64,000 nt of DNA from the NCBI GenBank assembly GCA_964549935.1, contig CAZJVT010000001.1:155922-219921 (forward strand), read 5' to 3'. The notes under the pieces are model-generated. The model searched no databases. It saw nothing but the letters and a program-made list of their open reading frames with translations, and was not told where the DNA came from. Shown piece after piece: positions 19,705-30,411 of the stretch (position 1 is the stretch's first letter; each line of letters begins with the position of its first letter). The position numbers were made by a program, and so were the translations under genes. Origin of the DNA: an uncultured Candidatus Saccharibacteria bacterium. Its GTDB lineage: Bacteria > Patescibacteriota > Minisyncoccia > UBA6257 > 1-14-0-10-44-23.

Positions 19705-21385
19705 ACGAAGTCAACAAAAACGAGCCGCAATCTATTGCCGTGTTTCTAGCGATGAGCAGGTTAGAGGATACAGTTTGTCTACTCAGCAAGATCAGATTAC
19801 TGAGGTCATTGAAAAAGACAGTCTAAGCTTAGACAGCAAAAATGTTTTCGTCGACGATGGGTATACTGGCACCACCGACAACAGGCCTGCTTTGCAGAAG
19901 ATGATTGAGCAAGCCAAGAAAAAACAGATTGATGTCATATATGTTTGGAAGATTGACCGGCTCTACAGAAATACGAAGCTTATCCTTGGCTTAGTCGACG
20001 AACTACTTAAGTACGATGTCAGCGTCAAGTCGATTTTAGAGCCACATTGTGATAACTCAGACCCGAGAAGCCGTTATGTATTTACGATGCTTGCAGCTGG
20101 AGCAGAGATGGAACACGCGACCATTAAGGAGAGGACTCAGGGAGGCAAGGTCAGGGCCATGAAAGACGGCAAATGGGCTGGCATTGCGCCTTATGGCTAT
20201 GATGTTGACGCAGAGACTAAAAAGCTCATTATCAATGAGCATGAGGCACGCTGGGTAAGGAAGTTTTTCCAGTGGTTTGTTAACGAGAGAATGACATTAC
20301 ACAGATTGCAGGTTCGCATTAATGCTTCCAGCATACCGTCGAAGCTAGACAACCTTGCTGAAAAGAAAACTAAGCACGGTCGTCGTTATCAGCAGAAAAC
20401 TAGGAATGACAAGTTTTTCTGGGCAAAGAGAACGATAGACCGAATACTGACCAGAGAGATGTATGCAGGCACTCATGTTTTCAGGCAATACGATTCTCGG
20501 AGCAAGGCCATGACGGAATCCAATATGCGACCTCAGTCAGAGTGGATTCCAGTTTCGGTGCCAGCGATTGTAAGTCGAGAGATTTTTGATGCGGCTCAAA
20601 AACTGCTTAAGCGCAATAAGCGAGATTCACCAAGACGAACTTCTAGGGTTTATCTTTTCGGTAAGAAACTTGAGTGTGGTTTTTGCCATCGTCGTCTTCA
20701 GTCTGATTACGCTAGGCCTAAAATACGGAAAGACGGGACAAGAAAAGAGGATTACAACTACTACATAGGATCTTGGCATTGTGGTGGATACACGAATAAA
20801 AGATGTGAACATTGCGTAAGATACAATGAGAACAATTTGCGAGAGCCGATTTGGAATAGCATAGTCAAGCTACTTTCAAGTCCAGAGCTTGTCATAAATC
20901 TGATTTTGGAAGGTAGGTCTCAAAAAGAGGGAACATCAAATTTAGGGGAGCTTATTGTCAGCTACGAAAAAAGAGAAGTTGGATTCAAGATGCGCGAAGA
21001 GAGACTGTTGAACCTTCATCTTAGCGGTGAGCTTGATTTAGAGATTTACAGGAAAAAGAAAGCAGAGATAAAGGAACAGCGGCAAGAATTTGATAACGAG
21101 AAAAGGCGGATAGAGAATCTAGCAATTAACGAAGCAGAGAAGCGCAATAGAGTAGTTTCCGCAAAAGCGATCTATCGTAAACTTAGAGAACGATTAGCAA
21201 CAGCGACTTATGAACAGCAGGCGAATATTATTAAGGTTCTAGTTGAAAATATCGTTCTGAATGATCAGGAGGCAGAGATTGAGGTTAATCTTCCATTGAA
21301 AGAAGTTGTTCCACAATTCGTTGCTCGAATAGAAGCTAGTGATAAAAGTCCCGAAGTTTTGTGTGACAACCAACGAATGGATTGA
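19679..21385 (+). CDS. Large serine recombinase (integrase)
   Basis: AIYCRVSSDEQ, DRLYR, APYGY, zinc ribbon CGFC...CEHC and a coiled coil. The ORF crosses the att core. Confidence 0.93.
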   Translation: MKKSLKTNERSQQKRAAIYCRVSSDEQVRGYSLSTQQDQITEVIEKDSLSLDSKNVFVDDGYTGTTDNRPALQKMIEQAKKKQIDVIYVWKIDRLYRNTKLILGLVDELLKYDVSVKSILEPHCDNSDPRSRYVFTMLAAGAEMEHATIKERTQGGKVRAMKDGKWAGIAPYGYDVDAETKKLIINEHEARWVRKFFQWFVNERMTLHRLQVRINASSIPSKLDNLAEKKTKHGRRYQQKTRNDKFFWAKRTIDRILTREMYAGTHVFRQYDSRSKAMTESNMRPQSEWIPVSVPAIVSREIFDAAQKLLKRNKRDSPRRTSRVYLFGKKLECGFCHRRLQSDYARPKIRKDGTRKEDYNYYIGSWHCGGYTNKRCEHCVRYNENNLREPIWNSIVKLLSSPELVINLILEGRSQKEGTSNLGELIVSYEKREVGFKMREERLLNLHLSGELDLEIYRKKKAEIKEQRQEFDNEKRRIENLAINEAEKRNRVVSAKAIYRKLRERLATATYEQQANIIKVLVENIVLNDQEAEIEVNLPLKEVVPQFVARIEASDKSPEVLCDNQRMD

Positions 21386-22409
21386 GCTGCGCAATGCTAG
21401 CGATACTGCAATAAATGTCGGCGGATACTGGGTGATTGATAAAGCAGAACAGATTAAGGCGCATCTGCCAGAGAAGGTGCTCGGTCCGGGTGAATTTTAT
21501 TTACTGGAACGCGGCGATGACGCGGTGCCGTCATCAACGGCTGATTTTATATATACAGGCGGGTTAAGTAATAGTAACGAGGGGGTCCGCGTGTATGATC
21601 CAACCTGCACGCTCGTTGACCAGGCGCTCGCTGAACCGAAGTGGCCTGCCGGCGCTACCTCGCAGAAACGTAGCATGGAGCGCGGGGGTGATTGGCGGTG
21701 GTACAGCTACCAGGGCGAAGCCGTGAATGCAATTTTTGGCACGCCAAAGGCAAAGAATACTGCGCCAAATACGGCCGCGGGGCAGTATTTCCCGCCGCCA
21801 GTTGTAATCTCGACCCCGGCAATCGCCGAAGCCACCTCTTCGAGTACGACAAGTACTGCAGAATTAGCGAGCGCGGCAAACGTCATCATTCCGGACGCAC
21901 CGGAGTCAGACTCCGGTACTGATACGGGTGCAGGGCAGAGCGTGACGGGCTTGGATCACATCGTGATTAGTAGCGTGCAAACGACCGGCGGTTTGGGGCA
22001 TACCACCGAAGACTTTGTCGAGCTCTACAATCCGCTGGCAACGCAATTTAATTTAAAAGGTTCTCGTTTGGTGAAGCGCACGAAGGTTGGCACGAGCGAT
22101 ACCTCGCTCAAATCCTGGACAGACGATGCTTTCATCCCAAGCGGGGGAAGATATCGCTGGGCCAATACCGGATACCCAGGGAGTGCGGACGTGCGCACAA
22201 GTGGGAGTATCGCTGATGACAACGCGGTTGCGCTCCGACAAGGCAGCGAGGATACCGGAGTCATTATCGATGCAGTTGGTTGGGGGCAGGCGAGCAATGC
22301 TTTAGTTGAGTCCTCTCCGTTTAGCACCAACCCGACTGTCGGGCAGGTCTTAGCTCGTAAGCAGTGGGTTGATACAAGTAGCAACGCTTCGGATTTTGAA
22401 ATCCGTTGA
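21381..22409 (+). pseudogene. 3' part of the interrupted lamin-tail-domain protein gene (remainder of LTD1 and a complete LTD2)
   Basis: Begins IELRNASDTAINVGGY; the second LTD reads IVISSVQ...EDFVELYNP. Confidence 0.88.
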
Positions 22410-22529
22410 TTTTTCTTGATTGTACTATTCGCGCGAATGGTACAATCAAGTCTTTTTGGGTTTTTAAATAGCGAGCGGGCGGCGCGTGGTGTTCGCGCCG
22501 CCCGTCGAGGCTCTTCCCGAACTCGTTGC

Positions 22530-22808
22530 TCAATGCTGCTTGGAAGCAGCGCATCCGACTCGAGGGCAGAAGGAGACCGTGATGACCTCGATCCCGCCAG
22601 TTCGGGTGTTCTGCCGGAGCGTGAAGCCCATGAACTGGTGATCGTCTTGCCTCACGACTTCGGCGAGACGCATCAGGCTTCTCGCCACCACTGCCCGTTC
22701 TTCGGCCGGGATGCTGCACCGGTGCACAACGGCACCGGCAACGACTTCACGCGACTCTTCGACGACTCGGAAGGTCGCGTTCTTTCCACCGCGAGGACAC
22801 ATACACAC
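22530..22808 (-). CDS. GC-rich orphan protein
   Basis: AAGGAGG SD upstream of the ATG (probable start 22802), C/H-rich, with a GC hairpin downstream at about 22474-22506. Confidence 0.55.
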   Translation of the reverse strand: MCMCPRGGKNATFRVVEESREVVAGAVVHRCSIPAEERAVVARSLMRLAEVVRQDDHQFMGFTLRQNTRTGGIEVITVSFCPRVGCAASKQH

Positions 22809-22910
22809 CTCCTTGTTGCGGGTATTTTTAACTTACTCCATGGCTTGTTTTTAGTCCAATTTTTTGCTATACTTACTCTAATTCCCGTTAGGAACTTTAT
22901 TTATTTTTGA

Positions 22911-24971
<2,061 letters not shown>

Positions 24972-24977
24972 CTCGCG

Positions 24978-25102
24978 CAGAATTCGTGCGCTGCTTTTGC
25001 TCTCGCGGGGCACAGGCATATTTTCCCGGTGGAAAATTGCCTTCGTTCTCGCGCCGTCGCGCTGCGAAAGTCCCCGCAAAAGCAAAAGCAGTGCACATTC
25101 TG
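24978..25102. repeat. Long branched inverted repeat (MITE-like or structured RNA)
   Basis: GTGCGCTGCTTTTGCT..GCGGGG pairs with CCCCGC..AGCAAAAGCAGTGCAC and encloses two hairpins. Confidence 0.6.
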
Positions 25103-25175
25103 GTTGAGGTAACCAAATTTTCTAAGCGCAGCGCGGATTGTAGCTGCTTCGCAGCTTTTTAGTTCTATATTTCTC

Positions 25176-25213
25176 ACGGCTCAACGGCGGGTCGTTGAGC
25201 CGTGAGATTTTTG
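25176..25213. repeat. 38-bp palindromic direct repeat, copy 1
   Basis: ACGGCTCAACGGCGGGTCGTTGAGCCGTGAGATTTTTG, 37/38 identical to 26336-26373. Confidence 0.9.
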
Positions 25214-25336
25214 TTCATAGAAAGATGAGGGATTGACTTTTAATATAAATGTGCTATTATATGCCTCTGCTGAGCGGCGCCTATGGTTGGTGTCCGGCAG
25301 ATGGTTTGTTTGGGTTTCGGTTCGGAAGGAGAGGTC

Positions 25337-26230
25337 ATGGCCCAGGTTAACGTCGGGGAGCTGCTCGAGAGGGCGTTCCCATCGGTCGCTGGTTCCGAAG
25401 GCAAGGTGCTGGTCGTGGGTGGAAGGAACACGAACTTCACCTACTACGAAGAGCTCAAGGCGACCGGGCGCGTCATCTTCTGGCTCGAGGACGAGGCACG
25501 TCGCAAGGACATACTGCCGCCGGGAACGCGCGTGCTGGTGCTCACGCACTGGCGCGAGCCGACCTTCAAGCGGAAGTTCCAGCCGCAGTGCGAAGCCGCT
25601 GACGCGGTCGTGGTCGACGTCGGTTCGTCCACGGGTGTGTTCAACAAGTGGTCAGCTCGACTGCTCGAGGCCTGGAACGCGGCCGTGCCTGAGCGTCAGC
25701 CAGCTCCGGAGGAGCCCGAGGGCGACGAGGAGCTGATCTCCAGCGTCGAGCCGAAGGTCCCGCAGGACTTCAAGGAGTTGGTCAACTCGCTGCATGCCTT
25801 CCGGGGCATGCTCGATGAAACCCTCTGTGGAATTCCGGCCTCGATCCACGCCTTCGAGGAGAAGTTGCGGGCGGAGCTTCGGCCGCAAGTCCGGGCGGAG
25901 CTGCGTACCGAGGTGGAGAAGGACTTCGCGCTGCGCGTCACCACCGAAGTCGAGCGGCGGCGCGCTGAGATCCTTGCCAGTGTCACGAAGGACGCTCGGA
26001 CCCAGATCGGCGCCGCCGAGCGGCGTACCCTGGAGGTCGAGGATCTCAACAAGGCGCTGGCCGGAGCGGTGGGCGAGCGCGATTCCACGATCAAGGATCT
26101 GGAGGCGCGGCTCGCGGCCAAGGACGAGCAGATCAAGGCCAAGGACACGCAGATCGCCGAGTACAAGGTGGCACAGGAGGCGCTCGGTCGCTTCCTCTCG
26201 GTTGGCAAGACGCCACCCGGGCAGCAGTAG
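25337..26230 (+). CDS. GC-rich orphan coiled-coil protein
   Basis: GAAGGAGAGG SD before ATG GCC CAG, a long C-terminal coiled coil and strongly GC-biased third positions. Confidence 0.8.
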   Translation: MAQVNVGELLERAFPSVAGSEGKVLVVGGRNTNFTYYEELKATGRVIFWLEDEARRKDILPPGTRVLVLTHWREPTFKRKFQPQCEAADAVVVDVGSSTGVFNKWSARLLEAWNAAVPERQPAPEEPEGDEELISSVEPKVPQDFKELVNSLHAFRGMLDETLCGIPASIHAFEEKLRAELRPQVRAELRTEVEKDFALRVTTEVERRRAEILASVTKDARTQIGAAERRTLEVEDLNKALAGAVGERDSTIKDLEARLAAKDEQIKAKDTQIAEYKVAQEALGRFLSVGKTPPGQQ

Positions 26231-26335
26231 TCGGTCTGTCTAGGCGGGTGTCCTGACCACCCACAACTAAAGAAAGGAGCATTAGCAATTCAGCCGCCTC
26301 AAACACCAGTCGTGTCAGGCGGCTGTGTGTTTTTA

Positions 26336-26373
26336 ACGGCTCAACGGCGGCTCGTTGAGCCGTGAGATTTTTG
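26336..26373. repeat. 38-bp palindromic direct repeat, copy 2
   Basis: See copy 1. Confidence 0.9.
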
Positions 26374-26446
26374 GCGCGTATTGCGTTGTTTCGCCTCCTA
26401 GGAGTAAGCTGAATTTGTTCCCAGGCTTCAACAAGGAGAACGTTCG

Positions 26447-26629
26447 ATGTGTTACCGAGACGACATCAGAACTACGCGGTACTGCAGCTTCTGCAACAAG
26501 CCCTATTACGGCGACCTCGGGCACCGCGGGTGCCAGGCCTTCAAGAAGAAGTCTCCGCCCGAAGAGGCCAAGCCTGCAGATGCCGAGAAGACGGCTCCTG
26601 AGGCAGAGAAGCCGGCCGGCACGAAGTGA
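26447..26629 (+). CDS. GC-rich small orphan protein (C-CxxC-H-C zinc-like)
   Basis: AAGGAG SD; MCYRDDIRTTRYCSFCNKPYYGDLGHRGC; followed by a GC hairpin and T-run. Confidence 0.65.
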   Translation: MCYRDDIRTTRYCSFCNKPYYGDLGHRGCQAFKKKSPPEEAKPADAEKTAPEAEKPAGTK

Positions 26630-26699
26630 TGGCCGGCAGAGCGAAGAGGGCTCGTGCGGCGGCCCGGGAAGGGCCCACCGCCGAGCCCCTCCCACCTTT

Positions 26700-26728
26700 T
26701 TGACAATTTCTGTGACTTCCGCTATAAT
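26700..26728 (+). promoter_or_regulatory. Consensus sigma70 promoter of secE-nusG-rplK
   Basis: TTGACA-17 nt-TATAAT. Confidence 0.85.
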
Positions 26729-26781
26729 GTCTGTAATGGCTGCGGAAAGGGAACCCGCAGTTTTTTAAAACCTATTTTTCT

Positions 26782-26970
26782 ATGAGTAAAATCGCAGCAT
26801 ATTTTGCAGGTGCCCAGCAGGAGTTTAAGCTTATTAAGTGGCCGACGCTCATCGAGACGCGTAACTTAACGCTTGTCGTTATCGGCGTTTCAGTGCTTAT
26901 CGCCGTTTTCCTCGGTATTTTTGACTACTTGTTCACAACCGGACTTACGAGCATAATCGCACAGCAGTAA
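26782..26970 (+). CDS. secE: Preprotein translocase SecE
   Basis: EFKLIKWPT motif plus a TM helix, directly upstream of nusG. Confidence 0.92.
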   Translation: MSKIAAYFAGAQQEFKLIKWPTLIETRNLTLVVIGVSVLIAVFLGIFDYLFTTGLTSIIAQQ

Positions 26971-26974
26971 TACT

Positions 26975-27544
26975 ATGGAAGAGACAAACAAAGACGAAAA
27001 AGCAAAAGTTAAGCCGGCTCCGCGCCACTGGTACGCCGTCCACACCTATTCAGGTTACGAGGACGCCGTCACGCGTTACTTAAAGCAGCGCGTTGAATCT
27101 TTGGAGATGGGCGACAAAATCTTCAACGTTATCGTGCCGAAAGAAAAGAAAGTGAAAATCACTAACGGCCGCCGTAAGGAGATTGAGGAGAAGGTGTACC
27201 CGGGTTATGTGCTCGTTGATATGCTTCTGACGGATGACTCTTGGTACGTAGTGCGTAACACGCCGCGCGTTACCGGATTCGTCGGCAGTGACTCGACGAC
27301 ACCGACACCGCTTTCGCAGGCCGAGGTAGACGCCTTGATGGCCAAGATGAGCGGAGACCACAAGAAGTTCACGGTGGACCTCAAGATTGGCGATATGGTC
27401 AAGATTACCGATGGTCCGTTTAAGGACTACGATGGTAAGGTCAGCCAGGTGGATGAGAAGAGCGGCATGATCAAGGTGGTTATCGCAATCTTCGGTCGCG
27501 ACACGGTAATGGAGCTCGACTCCTTGCAAGTTCAGAAACTTTAA
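26975..27544 (+). CDS. nusG: Transcription factor NusG
   Basis: WYAVHTYSGYE, YPGYVLV and KOW GPF. Confidence 0.96.
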   Translation: MEETNKDEKAKVKPAPRHWYAVHTYSGYEDAVTRYLKQRVESLEMGDKIFNVIVPKEKKVKITNGRRKEIEEKVYPGYVLVDMLLTDDSWYVVRNTPRVTGFVGSDSTTPTPLSQAEVDALMAKMSGDHKKFTVDLKIGDMVKITDGPFKDYDGKVSQVDEKSGMIKVVIAIFGRDTVMELDSLQVQKL

Positions 27545-27566
27545 ACTAGTATAGAAACCTACACGT

Positions 27567-27995
27567 ATGGCAGGTAAACCAGTAAAAGCAGTTGTAAAGC
27601 TGCAAATCGAGGCAGGTAAGGCTAATCCGGCTCCGCCGATTGGTACGGCCCTTGGCCCTCAGGGTATCAACATCATGAACTTCTGTAAGGAGTTTAACGC
27701 CGCGACTGCACAGATGGCGGGTGATGTTATCCCGGCTGTTATCACGATCTACGAAGACCGCAGTTTTAGTTTCATCATGAAGACGCCGCCGGCCTCCTCG
27801 CTGCTTAAGAAGTACGCGAAGATTGAGAAGGGTGCCGCTAACCCGCTGACCACCAAGGTTGGCAAGGTTACCAAGGCTGATGTCCGCAAGATCGCTGAGC
27901 AGAAACTCGTCGACCTCAACACGACGGATATCGAGAAAGCGATGCGCACTGTTGCCGGAACCGCCCGCAACATGGGTATCGAAATCAAAGACTAA
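27567..27995 (+). CDS. rplK: 50S ribosomal protein L11
   Basis: [15 protein letters not shown] and FCKEFN. Confidence 0.97.
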   Translation: MAGKPVKAVVKLQIEAGKANPAPPIGTALGPQGINIMNFCKEFNAATAQMAGDVIPAVITIYEDRSFSFIMKTPPASSLLKKYAKIEKGAANPLTTKVGKVTKADVRKIAEQKLVDLNTTDIEKAMRTVAGTARNMGIEIKD

Positions 27996-28000
27996 GAATC

Positions 28001-28037
28001 AAAACACAAACGGCGCCTCGGGCGCCGTTTGTGTTTT
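28001..28037 (+). terminator. Intrinsic terminator after rplK
   Basis: AAAACACAAACGGCGCC-TCG-GGCGCCGTTTGTGTTTT. Confidence 0.8.
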
Positions 28038-28066
28038 GTGATTACATTGCTAGAATAGTACGTACG

Positions 28067-28771
28067 ATGGCAAAGGGTAAATTTATCGTAATTGAGGGTA
28101 CGGACGGGAGCGGCAAGGCGACCCAGACCAAGGTGCTTGCCGACAAGTTGACCGGCGCGGGTTACCGCGTGGCGATGTTTGATTTCCCGCAGTACTTTAA
28201 GAGTTCGTCCGACTTCGTCAAAGCTTATCTGCAGGGTCGCTACGGCAGCATCTCTGAAGTAGGTCCGCAGAAGGCCTCGCTGCTTTACGCGCTGGATCGT
28301 TTTGAGGCTGCACCGGAAATTCGCGCCGCGCTCAAGGAGGGTAAGATAGTACTTGCGAATCGATACGTCGCCTCGAACCTCGGACACCAGGGGGCCAAGA
28401 TTCCTTCGGCGGACGAGCGAATGCGCTTTTACTTGTGGATTCAGGATTTGGAGTACAAGATTTTAGAAATTCCGAAGCCGGACCTCAACGTCGTGTTACA
28501 CGTCCCGGCTAAAGTCGCGCAGCAGCTGGTTGATCAAAAAACAGGTAGCGAGCGCGGCTACACAGGAGGGAAGACGCGCGACCTACACGAATCAAGCTTG
28601 AGCCACTTAAAGAAGGCTGAGCGCGTGTATCTTGAACTCGTGCGGTTATTCCCGCGGCAGTTTACGCTACTCGAGTGTTTCCGTAACGGCAAGATTTTGC
28701 CGGTCGAGGAGATTAGTGAGTCAATCTGGAAGCTGGTACAAAAGAAAGTTCACTTACGCGCTGAAGTATAG
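28067..28771 (+). CDS. tmk: Thymidylate kinase
   Basis: FIVIEGTDGSGKAT, LYALDR and NRYVASN. Confidence 0.92.
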   Translation: MAKGKFIVIEGTDGSGKATQTKVLADKLTGAGYRVAMFDFPQYFKSSSDFVKAYLQGRYGSISEVGPQKASLLYALDRFEAAPEIRAALKEGKIVLANRYVASNLGHQGAKIPSADERMRFYLWIQDLEYKILEIPKPDLNVVLHVPAKVAQQLVDQKTGSERGYTGGKTRDLHESSLSHLKKAERVYLELVRLFPRQFTLLECFRNGKILPVEEISESIWKLVQKKVHLRAEV

Positions 28772-28775
28772 AATT

Positions 28776-28889
28776 ATGGTTACTTACATTCCCGTCATAG
28801 GTTTAGAAATCCCCGCCGTCGCTAAAGCTTCCTCCGTCGCCAAGGCTATGGCGGACAAGTTGGCGGGCAAGCACGCCTTAACTTTTTGA
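28776..28889 (+). pseudogene. Relic copy of the gatB 5' end carrying two nested 30-bp palindromic inserts
   Basis: MVTYIPVIGLEI-[PAVAKA(SSVAKAMADK)LAGK]-HA versus gatB MTTYIPVIGLEIHA. Confidence 0.8.
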
Positions 28890-28890
28890 T

Positions 28891-30354
28891 ATGACAACGT
28901 ATATACCAGTAATAGGGCTTGAGATACACGCTGAATTGCGCACCAAGAGCAAGATGTTTTGTGCTTGTCTGAATGACCCCGACGAGACGCGGCCGAATGT
29001 AAATATCTGTCCGGTGTGTATGGGTCACCCGGGGACGCTGCCCGTTGCCAACAAAGCGGCCATCGAGCACATGATTAAAATCGGTATGGCGGTTGGTGGT
29101 GAGATTCCGGCGGTTTCGAAGTTTGATCGCAAAAACTATTTTTATCCGGATATCCCGAAGGGATACCAAATTTCGCAATTCGATATTCCATTTGTGTTTG
29201 GCGGGAATTTAAAGGGAGTGCGAATTACACGCGTGCACTTGGAAGAGGATACGGCCAGCTCGACGCACCAAAAGGACTCGAGCGGCAAAGAGGTTTCGCT
29301 CATCGACTTTAACCGCGCCGGTACCGCGCTGATGGAGCTCGTTACTGATCCGTGTATCCGCGAGGTTAAACAGATTGGCGAGTTTGGTCGCGAGCTGCAA
29401 CTCATGCTCCGTTACCTTGGCGCTTCAGATGCGGATATGGAAAAGGGACAGATGCGCGTGGAGGTCAACTTGTCGCTTGGTACCATCGTCGACGGGGAGT
29501 TAAAGTTTGGCACCAAGGTGGAGGTCAAAAACATTGCTTCGTTTAATATGGCCGAGCGCGCCGCGGAGTACGAGATCAAGCGCCAGCGGGAGATTTTAGA
29601 AAACGGTGGCACGATTGACCAGGAGACGCGCGGTTGGGATGACCCGCACCAAAAGACAGTTAGCCAGCGTAAGAAGGAGAGCAGCCACGACTACCGCTAC
29701 TTCCCGGAGCCGGATATCCCGCCGGTGGATTTGTCGAAGTTTGATTTAAGGCGACTGAAGGCTGAGCTGCCGGAACTGCCCGCGCAAAAGCGCGTGCGCC
29801 TGGCCGATGAGTACGGGCTGACGACAGAGCAGATTGAGGTTTTGGTGTTCGACCGTGATTTGGCGGGATTTTTTGAAAACGTCGTTTCCGAGCTCAAGGA
29901 GGAATTGCGAGAGCAGTTTAATCCGAAAAAGCATGTTCCGCTTGCCGTTAATTATCTAACCAGCGACCTTAAGGGACTGATGGTTTCCGCCGGCATTAGC
30001 GACCCGCTCAAGACCAAAGTTACGGGTGAAAACCTGGCGGATTTGGTCATTTTAGTCGCCGGAGACAAGATTACCAGCCGTGTGGCTAAGGACGTTCTTA
30101 AGACTATGTTTGTAACAGGTGGCGATCCAAACGTCATCATTAAGGAGCAGGGGCTCCTGCAGATCTCGGATGAGGGAGCTTTGCGGATTGTCTGCGAAGA
30201 GCTAATTAAGGCTAACCCCGGGCCCGCTGCGGACTACAAGGGAGGTAAGGAGGCGGCGCTGATGTTCTTCGTTGGGCGAGCGATGGGCCAGCTCAAGGGG
30301 AAAGGCAACCCCGCAGTCCTGCAGAAGTTATTTAAGGAGCTGCTCGTTAGATAG
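28891..30354 (+). CDS. gatB: Asp/Glu-tRNA amidotransferase subunit B
   Basis: VIGLEIHAEL, FDRKNYFYPD, HLEED and DYRYFPEPD. Confidence 0.96.
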   Translation: MTTYIPVIGLEIHAELRTKSKMFCACLNDPDETRPNVNICPVCMGHPGTLPVANKAAIEHMIKIGMAVGGEIPAVSKFDRKNYFYPDIPKGYQISQFDIPFVFGGNLKGVRITRVHLEEDTASSTHQKDSSGKEVSLIDFNRAGTALMELVTDPCIREVKQIGEFGRELQLMLRYLGASDADMEKGQMRVEVNLSLGTIVDGELKFGTKVEVKNIASFNMAERAAEYEIKRQREILENGGTIDQETRGWDDPHQKTVSQRKKESSHDYRYFPEPDIPPVDLSKFDLRRLKAELPELPAQKRVRLADEYGLTTEQIEVLVFDRDLAGFFENVVSELKEELREQFNPKKHVPLAVNYLTSDLKGLMVSAGISDPLKTKVTGENLADLVILVAGDKITSRVAKDVLKTMFVTGGDPNVIIKEQGLLQISDEGALRIVCEELIKANPGPAADYKGGKEAALMFFVGRAMGQLKGKGNPAVLQKLFKELLVR

Positions 30355-30411
30355 CAAGCGCTTAGGTGGACAATTCGTACGAATTGTCCAGTTATGTAAA
30401 AAATAAAAAAT

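Larger units (their letters stand above)
11143..21380 (+). mobile_element. Serine-recombinase integrative element (10,228 bp excisable), phage-satellite-like, with Type III R-M cargo
   Basis: Direct repeat CAACGAATGG at 11143-11152 and 21371-21380, in-frame split of a host gene, AT-rich composition and two serine recombinases at the right end. Confidence 0.9.

Noticed and set aside
21339-21380. GTG start supplied by the element for an independent 356-aa LTD protein
   Set aside because: It lies inside the recombinase gene, has no SD or signal peptide, and starts mid-domain. It is better explained as the 3' half of a split gene, though expression cannot be excluded.
22416-22910. 164-aa plus-strand ORF, and similar antisense ORFs such as 35211-35837 and 45044-45658
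   Set aside because: These are shadows of GC-rich genes on the opposite strand or in another frame, which have the better SD, promoter and terminator context.
25176-26373. Integron attC sites or a CRISPR array
   Set aside because: Only two copies, 1160 bp apart. The arms are too close for a canonical attC, and no intI or cas genes are present in the window.
26736-26766. tRNA-Trp usually found before secE
   Set aside because: Only a short CTGCGG/CCGCAG hairpin with a T-run is present, with no cloverleaf.
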